From Cyclobacteriaceae bacterium (GTDB lineage: Bacteria > Bacteroidota > Bacteroidia > Cytophagales > Cyclobacteriaceae), in the NCBI GenBank assembly GCA_044227305.1, contig JBGAFJ010000003.1, positions 89,667 through 153,666 on the forward strand: a DNA stretch of 64,000 nucleotides. Direction: 5' to 3'. The translations under genes and the position numbers were made by a program. How positions within the stretch are numbered: position 1 is the first letter of the stretch; every line of letters starts with the position of its first letter. Below are positions 47,354-57,845 of the stretch, in pieces. The notes beneath the pieces were generated by a model. That model ran no database searches and had not been told where the DNA came from. It saw nothing but the letters and a program-made list of their open reading frames with translations.

Positions 47354-48379
47354 ATGGGACTTTTCGATTTCTTCACCAGTGACATTGCTATCGACCTGGG
47401 CACTGCAAACACACTGATCATACACAAAGACAAGGTCGTCGTTGATGAACCCTCAATCATCGCCCTCGACAAACTCAGCGGCAAAGTGCTCGCCATCGGG
47501 CGTGAGGCGATGCAGATGCATGAAAAGACCCATGACAATATCAAGACTATTCGCCCTCTCAAAGAGGGTGTGATCGCCGACTTCCACGCAGCGGAGATGA
47601 TGATTCGTGGGATGATCAAGATGATTGACACCGGTCGCAGGCTCTTCCCGCCGTCGTTGCGCATGGTAATTTGCATCCCTTCGGCGATTACAGAGGTTGA
47701 AAAACGCGCCGTGCGCGACTCCGCAGAACACGCGAACGCCAAAGAAGTGTACATGATCCACGAACCGATCGCAGCCGCCATCGGTATTGGCATCGATATC
47801 GAACAGCCCATCGGAAACATGATCGTCGACATCGGAGGCGGAACCACAGACATCGCAGTCATCGCGCTGTCGGGTATCGTTTGCGATCAGTCGATCCGGA
47901 TTGCCGGAGATACATTCAATCGCGATATCCTCGATTACATGCGCCGTCAACACAATTTGCTGATCGGCGAAAGGACAGCGGAGCGTGTGAAAATTGAAGT
48001 GGGTTCCGCGTTGACGGAGCTCGATGACGGTCCCGATGATTACGAGATCCGTGGCCGCGACCTGATGACCGGTATCCCAAAAACCATCAAGATCTCCTAC
48101 AGTGAAGTTGCTTTCGCCCTCGATAAGTCGATTTCCAAACTTGAGGAAGCCGTGTTGAAAGCGCTTGAGTTGTCACCTCCTGAGCTTTCAGCCGATATCT
48201 ACGAGCGCGGCATTTACCTCACCGGCGGCGGCGCCATGCTCCGCGGTCTTGACAAGCGCCTCTCGCTGAAAACAAAACTTCCAATCCATGTCGCTGATGA
48301 CCCGCTGAGAGCGGTGGTGCGTGGGACAGGCGCGGCACTGAAAAATCTGGATCACTTCCGCAAAGTCTTGATGACCTGA
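47354..48379 (+). CDS. mreB: Rod shape-determining protein MreB
   Basis: AIDLGTANT, RPLKEGVIADF, VDIGGGTT and LTGGGAMLRG motifs. Start at MGLFDFF. Confidence 0.97.
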   Translation: MGLFDFFTSDIAIDLGTANTLIIHKDKVVVDEPSIIALDKLSGKVLAIGREAMQMHEKTHDNIKTIRPLKEGVIADFHAAEMMIRGMIKMIDTGRRLFPPSLRMVICIPSAITEVEKRAVRDSAEHANAKEVYMIHEPIAAAIGIGIDIEQPIGNMIVDIGGGTTDIAVIALSGIVCDQSIRIAGDTFNRDILDYMRRQHNLLIGERTAERVKIEVGSALTELDDGPDDYEIRGRDLMTGIPKTIKISYSEVAFALDKSISKLEEAVLKALELSPPELSADIYERGIYLTGGGAMLRGLDKRLSLKTKLPIHVADDPLRAVVRGTGAALKNLDHFRKVLMT

Positions 48380-48476
48380 TCAGGGTAAAGTTCCGGCGGT
48401 CTGTGGTTGATCGAAGCTTTAATCTCAAATTAACTAAGAACCACCTTGAACTTTAATTCCTGAACCCTGAACTTTA
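48380..48476. repeat. Imperfect inverted repeat with CCTGAAC heptamer arm between mreB and mreC
   Basis: tcagggtaaagttc ... ttgaactttaattcctgaaccctgaacttt. Confidence 0.5.
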
Positions 48477-48483
48477 ATGCTGC

Positions 48484-49308
48484 ATGCAGCGTCTTGTCAA
48501 TTTTTTTTATGAATACAGGGCTTTCTTCACCTTCCTCATCATCGAGGTGCTGTGCGCGTGGCTGCTGATCGAAAATAACCAATACCAAAACACCCGGTTT
48601 TTTAATTCGTCCAACCGTATGGCCGCCGGAATCCTGGCATTTTCCCAGGGATCTCGTGAGTATTTTTCATTGCGTCAGATCAACGAAGACTTATCCCGCG
48701 AAAATGCCCAGCTCCGCACGGCACTGGAACGGCAGGCACAGATTCGTAGCACTCCTCTATTGCCTTCTGATACGCTTCCTCGCTTCCACTTTATCAGCGC
48801 AAAAGTCATCAACAATTCTGTAGCCCAGTTCAAAAACTACATCACCATCAACCGCGGAACGGATGCCGGCATCCAACCGGGCATGGCGGCGATAAGTCTT
48901 TCAGGGGCTGTCGGAAAAGTGAAGTCCGTTTCAGAACATTTCTCTGTTTTGATTTCCATCTTAAACATCGACGAGCAAGTCTCCAGTGTGCTGAAACGCA
49001 CCAATAGCTTCGGTACAGTGCAATGGGACGGCATCGATCCCCGCGTAGTCAATTTGCTGTATGTGCCGCGCCATGTGCAGCCCGAAGTCGGCGACACCGT
49101 GGTGACCTCAGGTTATAATGCCGTTTTCCCGCAAGGAATACTGGTAGGCATTGTCAAAGATGTAAAACTCAAAGAAGAAGCTCTTTTTTATGACCTCAGG
49201 GTGGAACTCGCGCAGGACTTCAGAAGACTTTCCTTTGTCAAGATCGTGAAGAGTGATCTGAAACATGAGCTCGATTCATTGGAAACCACAACCATCGGAA
49301 AACCATGA
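48484..49308 (+). CDS. mreC: Rod shape-determining protein MreC
   Basis: N-terminal TM, coiled coil, YITINRGTDAGI, GAVGKV and GDTVVTSG...FPQGI motifs. Confidence 0.95.
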   Translation: MQRLVNFFYEYRAFFTFLIIEVLCAWLLIENNQYQNTRFFNSSNRMAAGILAFSQGSREYFSLRQINEDLSRENAQLRTALERQAQIRSTPLLPSDTLPRFHFISAKVINNSVAQFKNYITINRGTDAGIQPGMAAISLSGAVGKVKSVSEHFSVLISILNIDEQVSSVLKRTNSFGTVQWDGIDPRVVNLLYVPRHVQPEVGDTVVTSGYNAVFPQGILVGIVKDVKLKEEALFYDLRVELAQDFRRLSFVKIVKSDLKHELDSLETTTIGKP

Positions 49309-49820
49309 GCCGCTCGGGGATCCTCGTCGTAATTTATTTCGTGCTTTACCTCCTGGCACAGGTGATGCTTTTCAAACAGCTCGTACTCTTTAACACCGCA
49401 TTTTGCTTTGTCTACGTTGCGTTTATTCTCCTGCTGCCCATCGAGACCAATTCACTGATTTTGATGTTGGTCGCATTCGCGTTGGGCATCACGGTCGACA
49501 TGTTTTACGATAGCCTCGGACTCCATGCGTTCAGTCTTGTGTTGATTGCGTACGCAAGAAATTATTGGTTGGGAACTATTACCCCGCAAGGGGGTTATGA
49601 TGCAGGTGAAGGGCCGACGCTGGCGGTGAATGGTTTACAATGGTTCATGGTCTACACCGTGCCGCTGGTATTTGTCCATCATTTTGTTTTGTTCTTCACG
49701 GAGGCCGGCGGCTTCGGCATCTTTTGGTTTACTATGCAGAAAGTCATCACAAGCCTGATGTTCACCATGGGGGTGATTTTGTTTTTGCAGTATTTTTCGT
49801 TTGACAGGAGGAGGTCATGA
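49305..49820 (+). CDS. mreD: Rod shape-determining protein MreD
   Basis: Hydrophobic 171-aa protein in the mreC-mrdA position, with LGITVDMFYDSLGLHA. Confidence 0.88.
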   Translation: MSRSGILVVIYFVLYLLAQVMLFKQLVLFNTAFCFVYVAFILLLPIETNSLILMLVAFALGITVDMFYDSLGLHAFSLVLIAYARNYWLGTITPQGGYDAGEGPTLAVNGLQWFMVYTVPLVFVHHFVLFFTEAGGFGIFWFTMQKVITSLMFTMGVILFLQYFSFDRRRS

Positions 49821-51631
49821 ACGAAGGGAGAAAAGAAGTATTTCAGCTGATATTCATTTTGGTGGGGATCATCTTCCTCGTCAAACTCTTCTTTATCCAG
49901 GTAGTCGATGACCGTTACGCAGATCTGGCCGACAGCAACGCCATCCTGCGCCAGGTGGACTACCCTGTGCGGGGACTGATCAAGGACCGCAACGGCAAAG
50001 TGATCGTTTACAATACTCCTGAGTTCAAACTCGAAGTATTATTAAAGGATGTAAAGAAATTTGATTCGGCGAAGTTCTGTGAGGTGTTCGAGATCTCGCG
50101 GGAAGAACTGCGTCGCAAATTCAAAGAGATGAAACTCCGTAAAGAGTATTCACCCTACAAGCCAACGCTGTTCCTCAATCAACTCTCAACCGTCGACTTT
50201 GCAAAAATTCAGGATTACCTGGATGAATTTCCGGGATTCTATGTGCAGGCCCGGACCACGCGGGCCTACTCCACCCCTTCTCTCGCCAATGCGCTGGGTT
50301 ACGTAAGCGAGATCAGCAAGAGCAGGCTGGAAAGCGACGTCACGGGAATCTACCGGCAAGGTGATTACATCGGTCAAAGTGGCATCGAAGCATACTATGA
50401 AGAACAGCTCAGCGGAAAGCGCGGCGTGAGCTTCAAGCTTCGCAATGTCAAAGGAATTGTAAAAGGTTCATTCAAAGGCGGCGCCTACGACACGGTCTCA
50501 GTTCCCGGCCAGGATCTCACGACAGGGATTGACATCGAGCTCCAGAAATATGCCGAATATTTAATGAAAGGTAAGTCGGGGAGCATTGCAGCGATCGAGC
50601 CTTCATCCGGCGAGATTCTGGCACTGGTCTCCGGACCTTCGTATGATCCCAATCTGTTAACAGGACGGCAGTACAGCAGCAATTTCAAACTCATCAGCAG
50701 TGATACAAACAAGCCGCTCTTCAATCGTCCGTTGATGGCGCAATACCGGCCCGGATCAATATTCAAGATTGCCCAGGCAATGACTGCCCTTCAGGAAGGC
50801 GTGATCACTCCCGATACGCGCATCCGGTGTGATCGATCCATCATTGGATGTCACGGCAACCACACCAACGAAGATCTTCGTGGTGCGATCGCCAATTCCT
50901 GCAACCCGTATTTTTGGACAGTATTGAGACGCATGCTTAATAAAGGTGTGGGAAATGACCCCTTCACCGACACGCGCATCGGGCTCGACGAATGGAGCAA
51001 GCACATCATGAGCTTCGGCTTTGGAAAACCATTGGGCATCGACCTTCCGAACGAAAAAGCCGGGAACATTCCGACGCCCGCATACTATGACAGGGCGTAC
51101 AACAACCGGCCCTGGAAGTTCTCAAACATTTATTCCCTTGCGATCGGGGAAGGTGAGAATCTGGTTGTACCGCTGCAGATGGCAAACTTTGCCGCAACCG
51201 TCGCCAATCGGGGTTATTACTACACACCTCATATTGTAAAGGCGATTGGAAAAACCGGTCAGCCGTTGCCCCGCTTCACTGAAAAACATGTTACCACCAT
51301 CAATCCTGAAAACTTTTTGATCGCCGTGGATGCCATGCAGCAGGTGGTCGACGGAGGCACGGCTCAGTATCGCGCCAAACTGAAAAATATTATTGTATGT
51401 GGGAAAACAGGCACCGTACAAAATGATCCGCTCCCAGATCATGCGGTGTTCATTTGCTTCGCACCGCGCGAAAATCCAAAAATAGCCATCTCGGTATATG
51501 TCGAAGATGCCGGGCAGGGCGGCCGCGCTGCGGCGTCTATCGCGTCGCTGTTAATCGAAAAATATCTCATCGGTCATACGGAGCGACCCAACATCGAGCA
51601 ATATGTTTTGGCCAACAAGTTCCTTGATTAA
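49817..51631 (+). CDS. mrdA: Penicillin-binding protein 2
   Basis: RGLIKDRNG, SxxK (GSIFK), SCN and KTG motifs. Confidence 0.95.
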   Translation: MNEGRKEVFQLIFILVGIIFLVKLFFIQVVDDRYADLADSNAILRQVDYPVRGLIKDRNGKVIVYNTPEFKLEVLLKDVKKFDSAKFCEVFEISREELRRKFKEMKLRKEYSPYKPTLFLNQLSTVDFAKIQDYLDEFPGFYVQARTTRAYSTPSLANALGYVSEISKSRLESDVTGIYRQGDYIGQSGIEAYYEEQLSGKRGVSFKLRNVKGIVKGSFKGGAYDTVSVPGQDLTTGIDIELQKYAEYLMKGKSGSIAAIEPSSGEILALVSGPSYDPNLLTGRQYSSNFKLISSDTNKPLFNRPLMAQYRPGSIFKIAQAMTALQEGVITPDTRIRCDRSIIGCHGNHTNEDLRGAIANSCNPYFWTVLRRMLNKGVGNDPFTDTRIGLDEWSKHIMSFGFGKPLGIDLPNEKAGNIPTPAYYDRAYNNRPWKFSNIYSLAIGEGENLVVPLQMANFAATVANRGYYYTPHIVKAIGKTGQPLPRFTEKHVTTINPENFLIAVDAMQQVVDGGTAQYRAKLKNIIVCGKTGTVQNDPLPDHAVFICFAPRENPKIAISVYVEDAGQGGRAAASIASLLIEKYLIGHTERPNIEQYVLANKFLD

Positions 51632-52905
51632 TGAAACGCGAAGACAACATATCAGGAAGTCTTGATTGGCCTACGATCGGCCTCTATCTCGCGTTGGTCT
51701 TCCTGGGCTGGATGAACATCTACGCGGTGGTGTATGATGAAACCTTACACCAGCCTATCTTCAGTCTTACCCTCTCGTCCGGGCGCCAGCTGATGTTTAT
51801 TATGACGTCGTTCATCATCATCATGGGGATCGTTATCCTCGACATGCGTTTCTACGAGACGTTTGCCTATGTCTTGTACGGTGTGATCATCGTCGCATTA
51901 TTTCTTGTTCCCATCGTTGGAAAGGAGGTCGGCGGCAATAAAGCCTGGCTTGGAGTGGGGTCGTTCGGCGTGCAGCCTTCTGAGTTTGCCAAGTTCGTGG
52001 TGGCCCTGGCCGTGGCAAAATACATGGGGTCCGTGGGCTTCCGTATGGACAATCTGAGAAACCAGGCGGTACTTTTCGCAATGATTGGTTTGCCGATGCT
52101 GCTGATCCTCGCACAAAAAGACACCGGGACCGCTTTGGTCTTCACATCGTTCATTCTCGTTTTCTTCCGTGAAGGCATGTCACCATTTTTAATGATCGTA
52201 GGACTGTGTGCCGCTGTGATCTTCATATTGACACTGCTTGTTCCTAATCAGCTCTACCTGCATGCTGCGATCCTGGGGGTGTTGTTGCTGTTGATCATCC
52301 TGGGTAAAAAGAAAATAAAGAGGATCGTGCTGCTGACCTTGGGCGCCGTAATCATCATGGGTGTAATCGAGAGCGTTGACTATGTGGTCACGAACGTCTT
52401 GAAGCCCCACCAGCAGAACCGCGTGAAGGCTTTGATCAATCCCGACGCCGATCCGTTGGGGTATGGTTGGAATGTAACACAATCCAAAATCGCAATCGGC
52501 AGCGGAGGCCTGATCGGAAAAGGATTTTTGAAGGGCACCCAGACGAAGTTTGACTTCGTACCCGAGCAGAGTACCGACTTCATTTTCTGCACGATCGGCG
52601 AAGAGCACGGATGGATCGGTAGCCTGATCGTCGTGGTGCTGTTCACCACATTTTTCTTTCGCATTTTATTTATCGCCGAAAGGCAAAAAAACCGTTTCGC
52701 GCGGGTGTATGCATACAGCGTGGTCTGCATTTTCTTTTTTCACTTCGCCGTCAACATCGGCATGACTATCGGTCTTTTTCCGGTGATTGGGATTCCGCTT
52801 CCCTTCTTCAGTTATGGGGGTTCTTCATTGTGGGGATTCACCGTGCTCTTGTTTATCCTGTTGAAATTGGACGCACACAGAGGACAGGTTCTTCAGCGGA
52901 TTTGA
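51631..52905 (+). CDS. rodA: Rod shape-determining protein RodA (SEDS family)
   Basis: QPSEFAK, DTGTALV, SKIAIGSGG, PEQSTDFIF and PLPFFSYGGSS motifs. Confidence 0.95.
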   Translation: MKREDNISGSLDWPTIGLYLALVFLGWMNIYAVVYDETLHQPIFSLTLSSGRQLMFIMTSFIIIMGIVILDMRFYETFAYVLYGVIIVALFLVPIVGKEVGGNKAWLGVGSFGVQPSEFAKFVVALAVAKYMGSVGFRMDNLRNQAVLFAMIGLPMLLILAQKDTGTALVFTSFILVFFREGMSPFLMIVGLCAAVIFILTLLVPNQLYLHAAILGVLLLLIILGKKKIKRIVLLTLGAVIIMGVIESVDYVVTNVLKPHQQNRVKALINPDADPLGYGWNVTQSKIAIGSGGLIGKGFLKGTQTKFDFVPEQSTDFIFCTIGEEHGWIGSLIVVVLFTTFFFRILFIAERQKNRFARVYAYSVVCIFFFHFAVNIGMTIGLFPVIGIPLPFFSYGGSSLWGFTVLLFILLKLDAHRGQVLQRI

Positions 52906-53048
52906 TGCAAGTTTGGTCAGTGGCTATAGCTTAAAGTTGGCTGCAGCAAAATAATTATCTTTCAATTTTTTGTATCTTAATCACCTTCATAGCAGCGCAG
53001 GCTACGCATCTCTAAATTATTCATTAGCAAATCCGCGACTCCCTTCAT

Positions 53049-54355
53049 ATGTGGTCGACACGTATCCTTGTTCTGATAATTCTTTTTTGCACTACCTGCA
53101 ATGAAAGAGTCGTTGATGAACCTGACGATTTAACTGCTTCTGAAAAAGCAATAGTCTCAGAATTGGACCAGCTTGTTTTCTCAATCAAAGGTTCGTCACC
53201 GACGTTGACCGATGTCGATCTCAAACCACTCGACGCAATTGCCGATGCCCGCATGGTTGGACTTGGTGAGGCGACTCATGGGACGAAAGAATTTTTTGAG
53301 ATGAAGCACCGGATATTCCGATACCTGGTGACCGCACATGGCTTTAAAGCCATTGGCTTTGAATCAGATTTTGCGGAGTCCCTGATTTTCGAGGACTACA
53401 TACAAGGGCGCAGCAACGGCGACCTCCATACGCTCATGGATACAAAAATGGGCCTGTGGCCCTGGCAGGCATTGGAGGTTCAGGCTTTGCTCGAATGGAT
53501 GAAGTTATACAATCAGAACACAGCGGATACTGATCGCATTCACTTTTTCGGACTTGACTGTCAGTTTGTAACTTTCAATGCCGACTTTCTCGCAGAGAGA
53601 ATTGCACTGTACGATGACAACCTGGCTCAATACGTTCGCGCGAATAGTGTCGATTTCAAGAAACTAGATAAAATGGAGACGATACAAACCACAAAACAAT
53701 AACAGCATCCCTTCAATCAATTTATGATCATGTTGTGAGTGCCGGGCCGAATCTATTGTCGAAAGGCATGCCCTCCTTCGATTATGAGATCGCAAAAAGA
53801 CTCGCGCGAAATCTCATTCAAACAAACGATTTGATCTATTCGGGCAAAATTGGCGGTGCGCAGGAAGTAAGAGATAATTACATGGCCGAAAATGCAGTCT
53901 GGCTTATGAATGTTTTTGGAAATACTAACAAAATCTGTTTGTGGGCTCATAACGCCCATATTTCGAGCGATGGCACCTATTTTCGTTCAATGGGATTCAC
54001 ACTTCGGGATTCAATCGGCGCAGTGTATCAGCGCATTGGATTTGGATTTTCCCGGGGCAGTTTCAATGCGATCTATAACGGCGAACTGAAACCGTGGACA
54101 ATCTCCAATACCCCGGTCGAAGAATCAACCAACTTTCTGCTTGCTAATTTATCTGCTAAAAATTTTATTTTGCGACTGAGCGATATCCGGAAATCAGAGG
54201 CTGTATATCCCTGGCTCAATCAATCAAAAAAATTCTTGCAGGTTTCTGCGGTGTATGGAGGCGATCCTAAGCGCTCCTACTGGGGAGTTACGATCGGCGA
54301 TTTTTACGATGTCCTTATTTATTTCGACGAAACAACAAGCTCATCGATTTTTTGA
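53049..54355 (+). pseudogene. Erythromycin esterase family protein split by a single frameshift
   Basis: 5' ORF has VGLGEATHGTKEF and IGFES; 3' ORF has WAHNAH. The second frame is open from 53672, so one missing base between 53670 and 53700 joins them into ~435 aa. This could be a sequencing error. Confidence 0.75.
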
Positions 54356-54403
54356 GAAGTGTAAATGCGGAATGAAGGTCCTATTCACTGGAACCTGCCT
54401 GTA

Positions 54404-55450
54404 TTACATAAACCGCTTCTCCACCATCTCCATGAACTCCAGGTATTCCTCGCTATCTCTGTTCCACTCTGCATAATTGTTGAGCAGATAAGTCTGCGCC
54501 TGGTTCATGTTGTCCAGTTCATCGAGGCGCTCGATGGCGGCAGAGAAAAGTTCGAAGTCACCGTTAAAAAGAATTTTCGTGAACATGAACTTCTGGTTGA
54601 TGCTGAGGCTGTCCTTGATCTTTCTCTTTCTCTGAAAATCGTCAGCCAGGGTATGTTGCGTGCCTTTGTTGAGCGTGTCATACAGCGTGGCCTGCACGGG
54701 TTCCGGCCTCTTCACGGGCTCGGGGGATTTCTCCACGATTTTTTCAACCACGGGAGGTGCGGGCGCCACAGGTTCCGTCTTTACCTCCGGAGCGGACGGT
54801 TGCTGACGGGGTGTTTTCCTCTCGTAGAGCTGATCGGTATTTAACGGCACCACATTCGAGAACAGAGTGATATACTGATCCACATCTTCAGGGGTGAAAT
54901 TCACTTCCTCCAAAATGTGATCCAGCAATGCGAATGCTTCGTTACCTGAGACGCTGGCCATTTTGCGATCCTTCAGATGCTGCAGAAGTTTCTCTAGCGG
55001 CATGCGATTAATCTTGACATACTTGATGTCGTTCGCAAAGTCTTCAACTTTCAAAGTTCCAGCCACACCATTGTCGAGTGTGTCGGAATAAAAATCGTAT
55101 GGATCGAGAACCAAGTAGAGTGTCTGATGTACCGCCTTTTTCAACAACGGCTGGAAATTTTCCCTGGAAATAGAAATGTTGTTCGAAAGCAGATTCTGAA
55201 ACTTAAGGAGTAATTCTGCAACCGCTGGTGCGGTGTAGTCGAAAAAAGGACTGCGCAATTTCTGGCTCTCCAGTTTCCAAGCATGCAGCAGCTCACGGAT
55301 TACGAAGAGGTTTACCTGCTGAATGTCGCAGAGCTTAAGGATTTCCGGCCCTGTGATTTTTTCCTTCGCGGAGAAAAAAGAAGCCGTTACCTTGGAGGCA
55401 TAGTCATCACTATAATCTTCAAGGGCCTTCAGGTTGATTTTTTCATCCAT
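54404..55450 (-). CDS. Conserved hypothetical protein (Pro-rich linker, C-terminal SINQKFMF domain)
   Basis: 348-aa ORF with a structured N-domain, low-complexity linker and helical C-terminal domain. Confidence 0.8.
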   Translation of the reverse strand: MDEKINLKALEDYSDDYASKVTASFFSAKEKITGPEILKLCDIQQVNLFVIRELLHAWKLESQKLRSPFFDYTAPAVAELLLKFQNLLSNNISISRENFQPLLKKAVHQTLYLVLDPYDFYSDTLDNGVAGTLKVEDFANDIKYVKINRMPLEKLLQHLKDRKMASVSGNEAFALLDHILEEVNFTPEDVDQYITLFSNVVPLNTDQLYERKTPRQQPSAPEVKTEPVAPAPPVVEKIVEKSPEPVKRPEPVQATLYDTLNKGTQHTLADDFQRKRKIKDSLSINQKFMFTKILFNGDFELFSAAIERLDELDNMNQAQTYLLNNYAEWNRDSEEYLEFMEMVEKRFM

Positions 55451-55482
55451 GATGAGATGTAAAACGTGAGATTTTACGAACG

Positions 55483-55806
55483 ATGGTAAAGATAATCATA
55501 GAAAATCTGGGACAAAAAGAGGTGCCGGTTATCGATCCGAATAAGCCGGTCCTTTTCCAGTTTCAGGCCAACTACATCGATTACATGCATGAATGCGGCG
55601 GCAAAGGACGGTGCACCACCTGCAAAATGAAAGTGGTTTCAGGGATGGAGAACCTGACGCCTCTTAGCTGGGCGGAGAAGAAATACCGGGACGAAAAAAA
55701 ACTTGCCGAAGACGAAAGACTAGCCTGTCAGGTGCGGTTGAGGGGGGACCTTGTTATTCATATCCCAAGGGAATCGCAGCTGCCGCATGTGAAGTACGAT
55801 GCATAA
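55483..55806 (+). CDS. 2Fe-2S ferredoxin
   Basis: CGGKGRCTTC ... RLAC cluster ligands. Confidence 0.92.
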   Translation: MVKIIIENLGQKEVPVIDPNKPVLFQFQANYIDYMHECGGKGRCTTCKMKVVSGMENLTPLSWAEKKYRDEKKLAEDERLACQVRLRGDLVIHIPRESQLPHVKYDA

Positions 55807-55921
55807 AGTTGGCAGTTGGCAATACACAGTTGGCAAAATAACCCCAAATGATTCGTTTGAATTTATTTAGCTGAGATTACGGTAAATGACGCTGGCTCAT
55901 GTTTTGCCAACTGCCAACTGA
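55807..55921. repeat. CAGTTGGCAA-family inverted-repeat element
   Basis: agttggcagttggcaatacacagttggcaaaa ... ttttgccaactgccaactg in a convergent gap. Confidence 0.8.
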
Positions 55922-55928
55922 ATATTGC

Positions 55929-56489
55929 TTATTTCTTCAGCGGTGCAAGTATCCGATACTCCGTATCCACATCACCCTTGCTGATATCGGCCAGCTTACC
56001 TTTCAACATCCGCTTCTTTAAAGGTGACAAATAGTCGATGAACATTTTTCCCTCCAGGTGATCGTATTCGTGTTGTATGATGCGGGCTTTCACACCGTCG
56101 TATTCTTCCTCATGAACCTTCCAGTCCTCATCCACGAAACGGATTTTCACTTTCTCAAGGCGCGAGACGTTTTCGCGGATATTCGGAATGCTAAGGCAGC
56201 CTTCTTCAAACTCCCACGCTTCCCCATCTTCATCTACTATTTCGGGATTGATGAATGCTTTCTTGAATCCTGTCATGTCCTCTTCCTCTTCATTCAGTGT
56301 GGTGCCATCGACTACGAAGATCCGGATGCTCTTGCCGATCTGCGGTGCCGCAAGGCCAATGCCGTGTGCTGCATACATCGTCTCAAACATATCCTGGATA
56401 AAAGTCTTGATGTCGATGGACCCCTTCTCGACTTCCTTGGCGCGTTTGCGAAGCACCGGATCGCCATACATGATGATTGGATAAACCAT
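55929..56489 (-). CDS. def: Peptide deformylase
   Basis: GIGLAAPQIG, EGCLS and QHEYDH motifs. TAACTTTG box on the minus strand at 56509-56516. Confidence 0.97.
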   Translation of the reverse strand: MVYPIIMYGDPVLRKRAKEVEKGSIDIKTFIQDMFETMYAAHGIGLAAPQIGKSIRIFVVDGTTLNEEEEDMTGFKKAFINPEIVDEDGEAWEFEEGCLSIPNIRENVSRLEKVKIRFVDEDWKVHEEEYDGVKARIIQHEYDHLEGKMFIDYLSPLKKRMLKGKLADISKGDVDTEYRILAPLKK

Positions 56490-56534
56490 GCTCAATCTCT
56501 TAATATCGCAAAGTTAGAAAAATGAAGTGGCAAA

Positions 56535-56951
56535 TCACGCCTTGTTTCCCGCCATAAAAGACTGGAGAATAATCGTCGCGCTGATTTTGTCGGCGTTTCC
56601 TTTAACCTGCCGGTCTTTCTTTTTCATCCCGCCTGCAATCATGGTATGATGGGCCAGGCTGGTGGTAAACCGTTCGTCCACCAGCGCGACAGGCTTTTCC
56701 GGAAACCGCTTTTGCAGCTCGGCAACCAACGCGCGAACGGGTTCTGTCATTTCTGTATCTTCATTGTTCAGCCTCCGGGGCAGGCCCACCACCAACTGAT
56801 CGACGGTTTCCTTTTGAAAGTAGCTCGTTAAAAAAATAAAAAGCTTGTCACTCTCCACTACTTCCAGCGCCGTTGCAATAATCCGCAGGGGATCAGACAC
56901 GGCGATGCCGGTGCGTTTCAAGCCGTAGTCAATTGCGAGGATTCTTCCCAT
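56535..56951 (-). CDS. ruvX: YqgF/RuvX family nuclease
   Basis: LAIDYGLKRTGIAVSD, VVGLP, DERFTT and DKISATIILQSF motifs. Confidence 0.93.
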   Translation of the reverse strand: MGRILAIDYGLKRTGIAVSDPLRIIATALEVVESDKLFIFLTSYFQKETVDQLVVGLPRRLNNEDTEMTEPVRALVAELQKRFPEKPVALVDERFTTSLAHHTMIAGGMKKKDRQVKGNADKISATIILQSFMAGNKA

Positions 56952-56974
56952 TAAAATTCAGACAGCGCGGTTCG

Positions 56975-57733
56975 TCAGTTGAGCTTTGTCTTCTCAACAA
57001 ACATGCTTTTGATCTTGTTTTCCAAAATCATCGCTTTGGGAAACAGGATTTCATTTTCGATGCGTGCATGCACCTGGAGACTTTTTTCCAACTCTTTGAG
57101 CTCGGCATAGATCACACGCACATGAAGCGGTGTCGAAGTATTCATTGCGTAATCCTTCGTGATTTTACGGATACCTTCCATTTCGTCGTCATGAACTTCA
57201 TGGTCGACCGCGAATCGCTGAAGTGAATAGCGTTCCATCATGTAGAACAACTTCGAAGGATTATTTTTTTTCCGTTCCGATTGATCAAGCAGTTGAACGT
57301 ATCTGAACAACGTGTCTTCCTCTTGGTAGATGTGATGAATAAAATCCTCGACGAAAAGCGGGAAAAGGGTCTTCAGATCTTTGGCGATCGAAACATATTC
57401 AGGTGAATCCGCCTTGAACGCCTCCACGAGTCGGGATATGTACGGAAGCTTGTGCTTGACAAAAAGAAAGTGCGCATGCTTCAAATATTCTATAATCAGA
57501 TCGATCGGATAGGAAACCAGGGGTATACTCTCCTCCGCGAGCGGATGACTGGAAGACTCGAGTTCCTGTACTACTTGTTCGACTTTCAGCCCCCGTTGTT
57601 CACAGACCTCCGCCAGTGTCTTTTCAGAGTAATCATAGAAGCTGATTCCAAAATAGAAAAGCACATAAGCCCTGACGTAGTCTTGTTCGACCAAGTCAGC
57701 AATCCTCCGGTTTTTCAGCGCTTTTGGTTCCAT
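56975..57733 (-). CDS. Iron-sulfur cluster repair di-iron (RIC/YtfE/ScdA-like) hemerythrin-domain protein
   Basis: Ligand motifs H(LKHAH), HIYQEE, DHEVH and HARIENEILFP. Start at MEPKAL (57733). Confidence 0.8.
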   Translation of the reverse strand: MEPKALKNRRIADLVEQDYVRAYVLFYFGISFYDYSEKTLAEVCEQRGLKVEQVVQELESSSHPLAEESIPLVSYPIDLIIEYLKHAHFLFVKHKLPYISRLVEAFKADSPEYVSIAKDLKTLFPLFVEDFIHHIYQEEDTLFRYVQLLDQSERKKNNPSKLFYMMERYSLQRFAVDHEVHDDEMEGIRKITKDYAMNTSTPLHVRVIYAELKELEKSLQVHARIENEILFPKAMILENKIKSMFVEKTKLN

Positions 57734-57845
57734 GGGTGGGTAAATATAAAAATCCCGGTGCCTTTCCACAATCACCGAATCGGTTTCCCCGAATCTGAAC
57801 TTTGCCGCATCTTTGCCGTTGTAACTGGGTTACCGGAAGATAATT

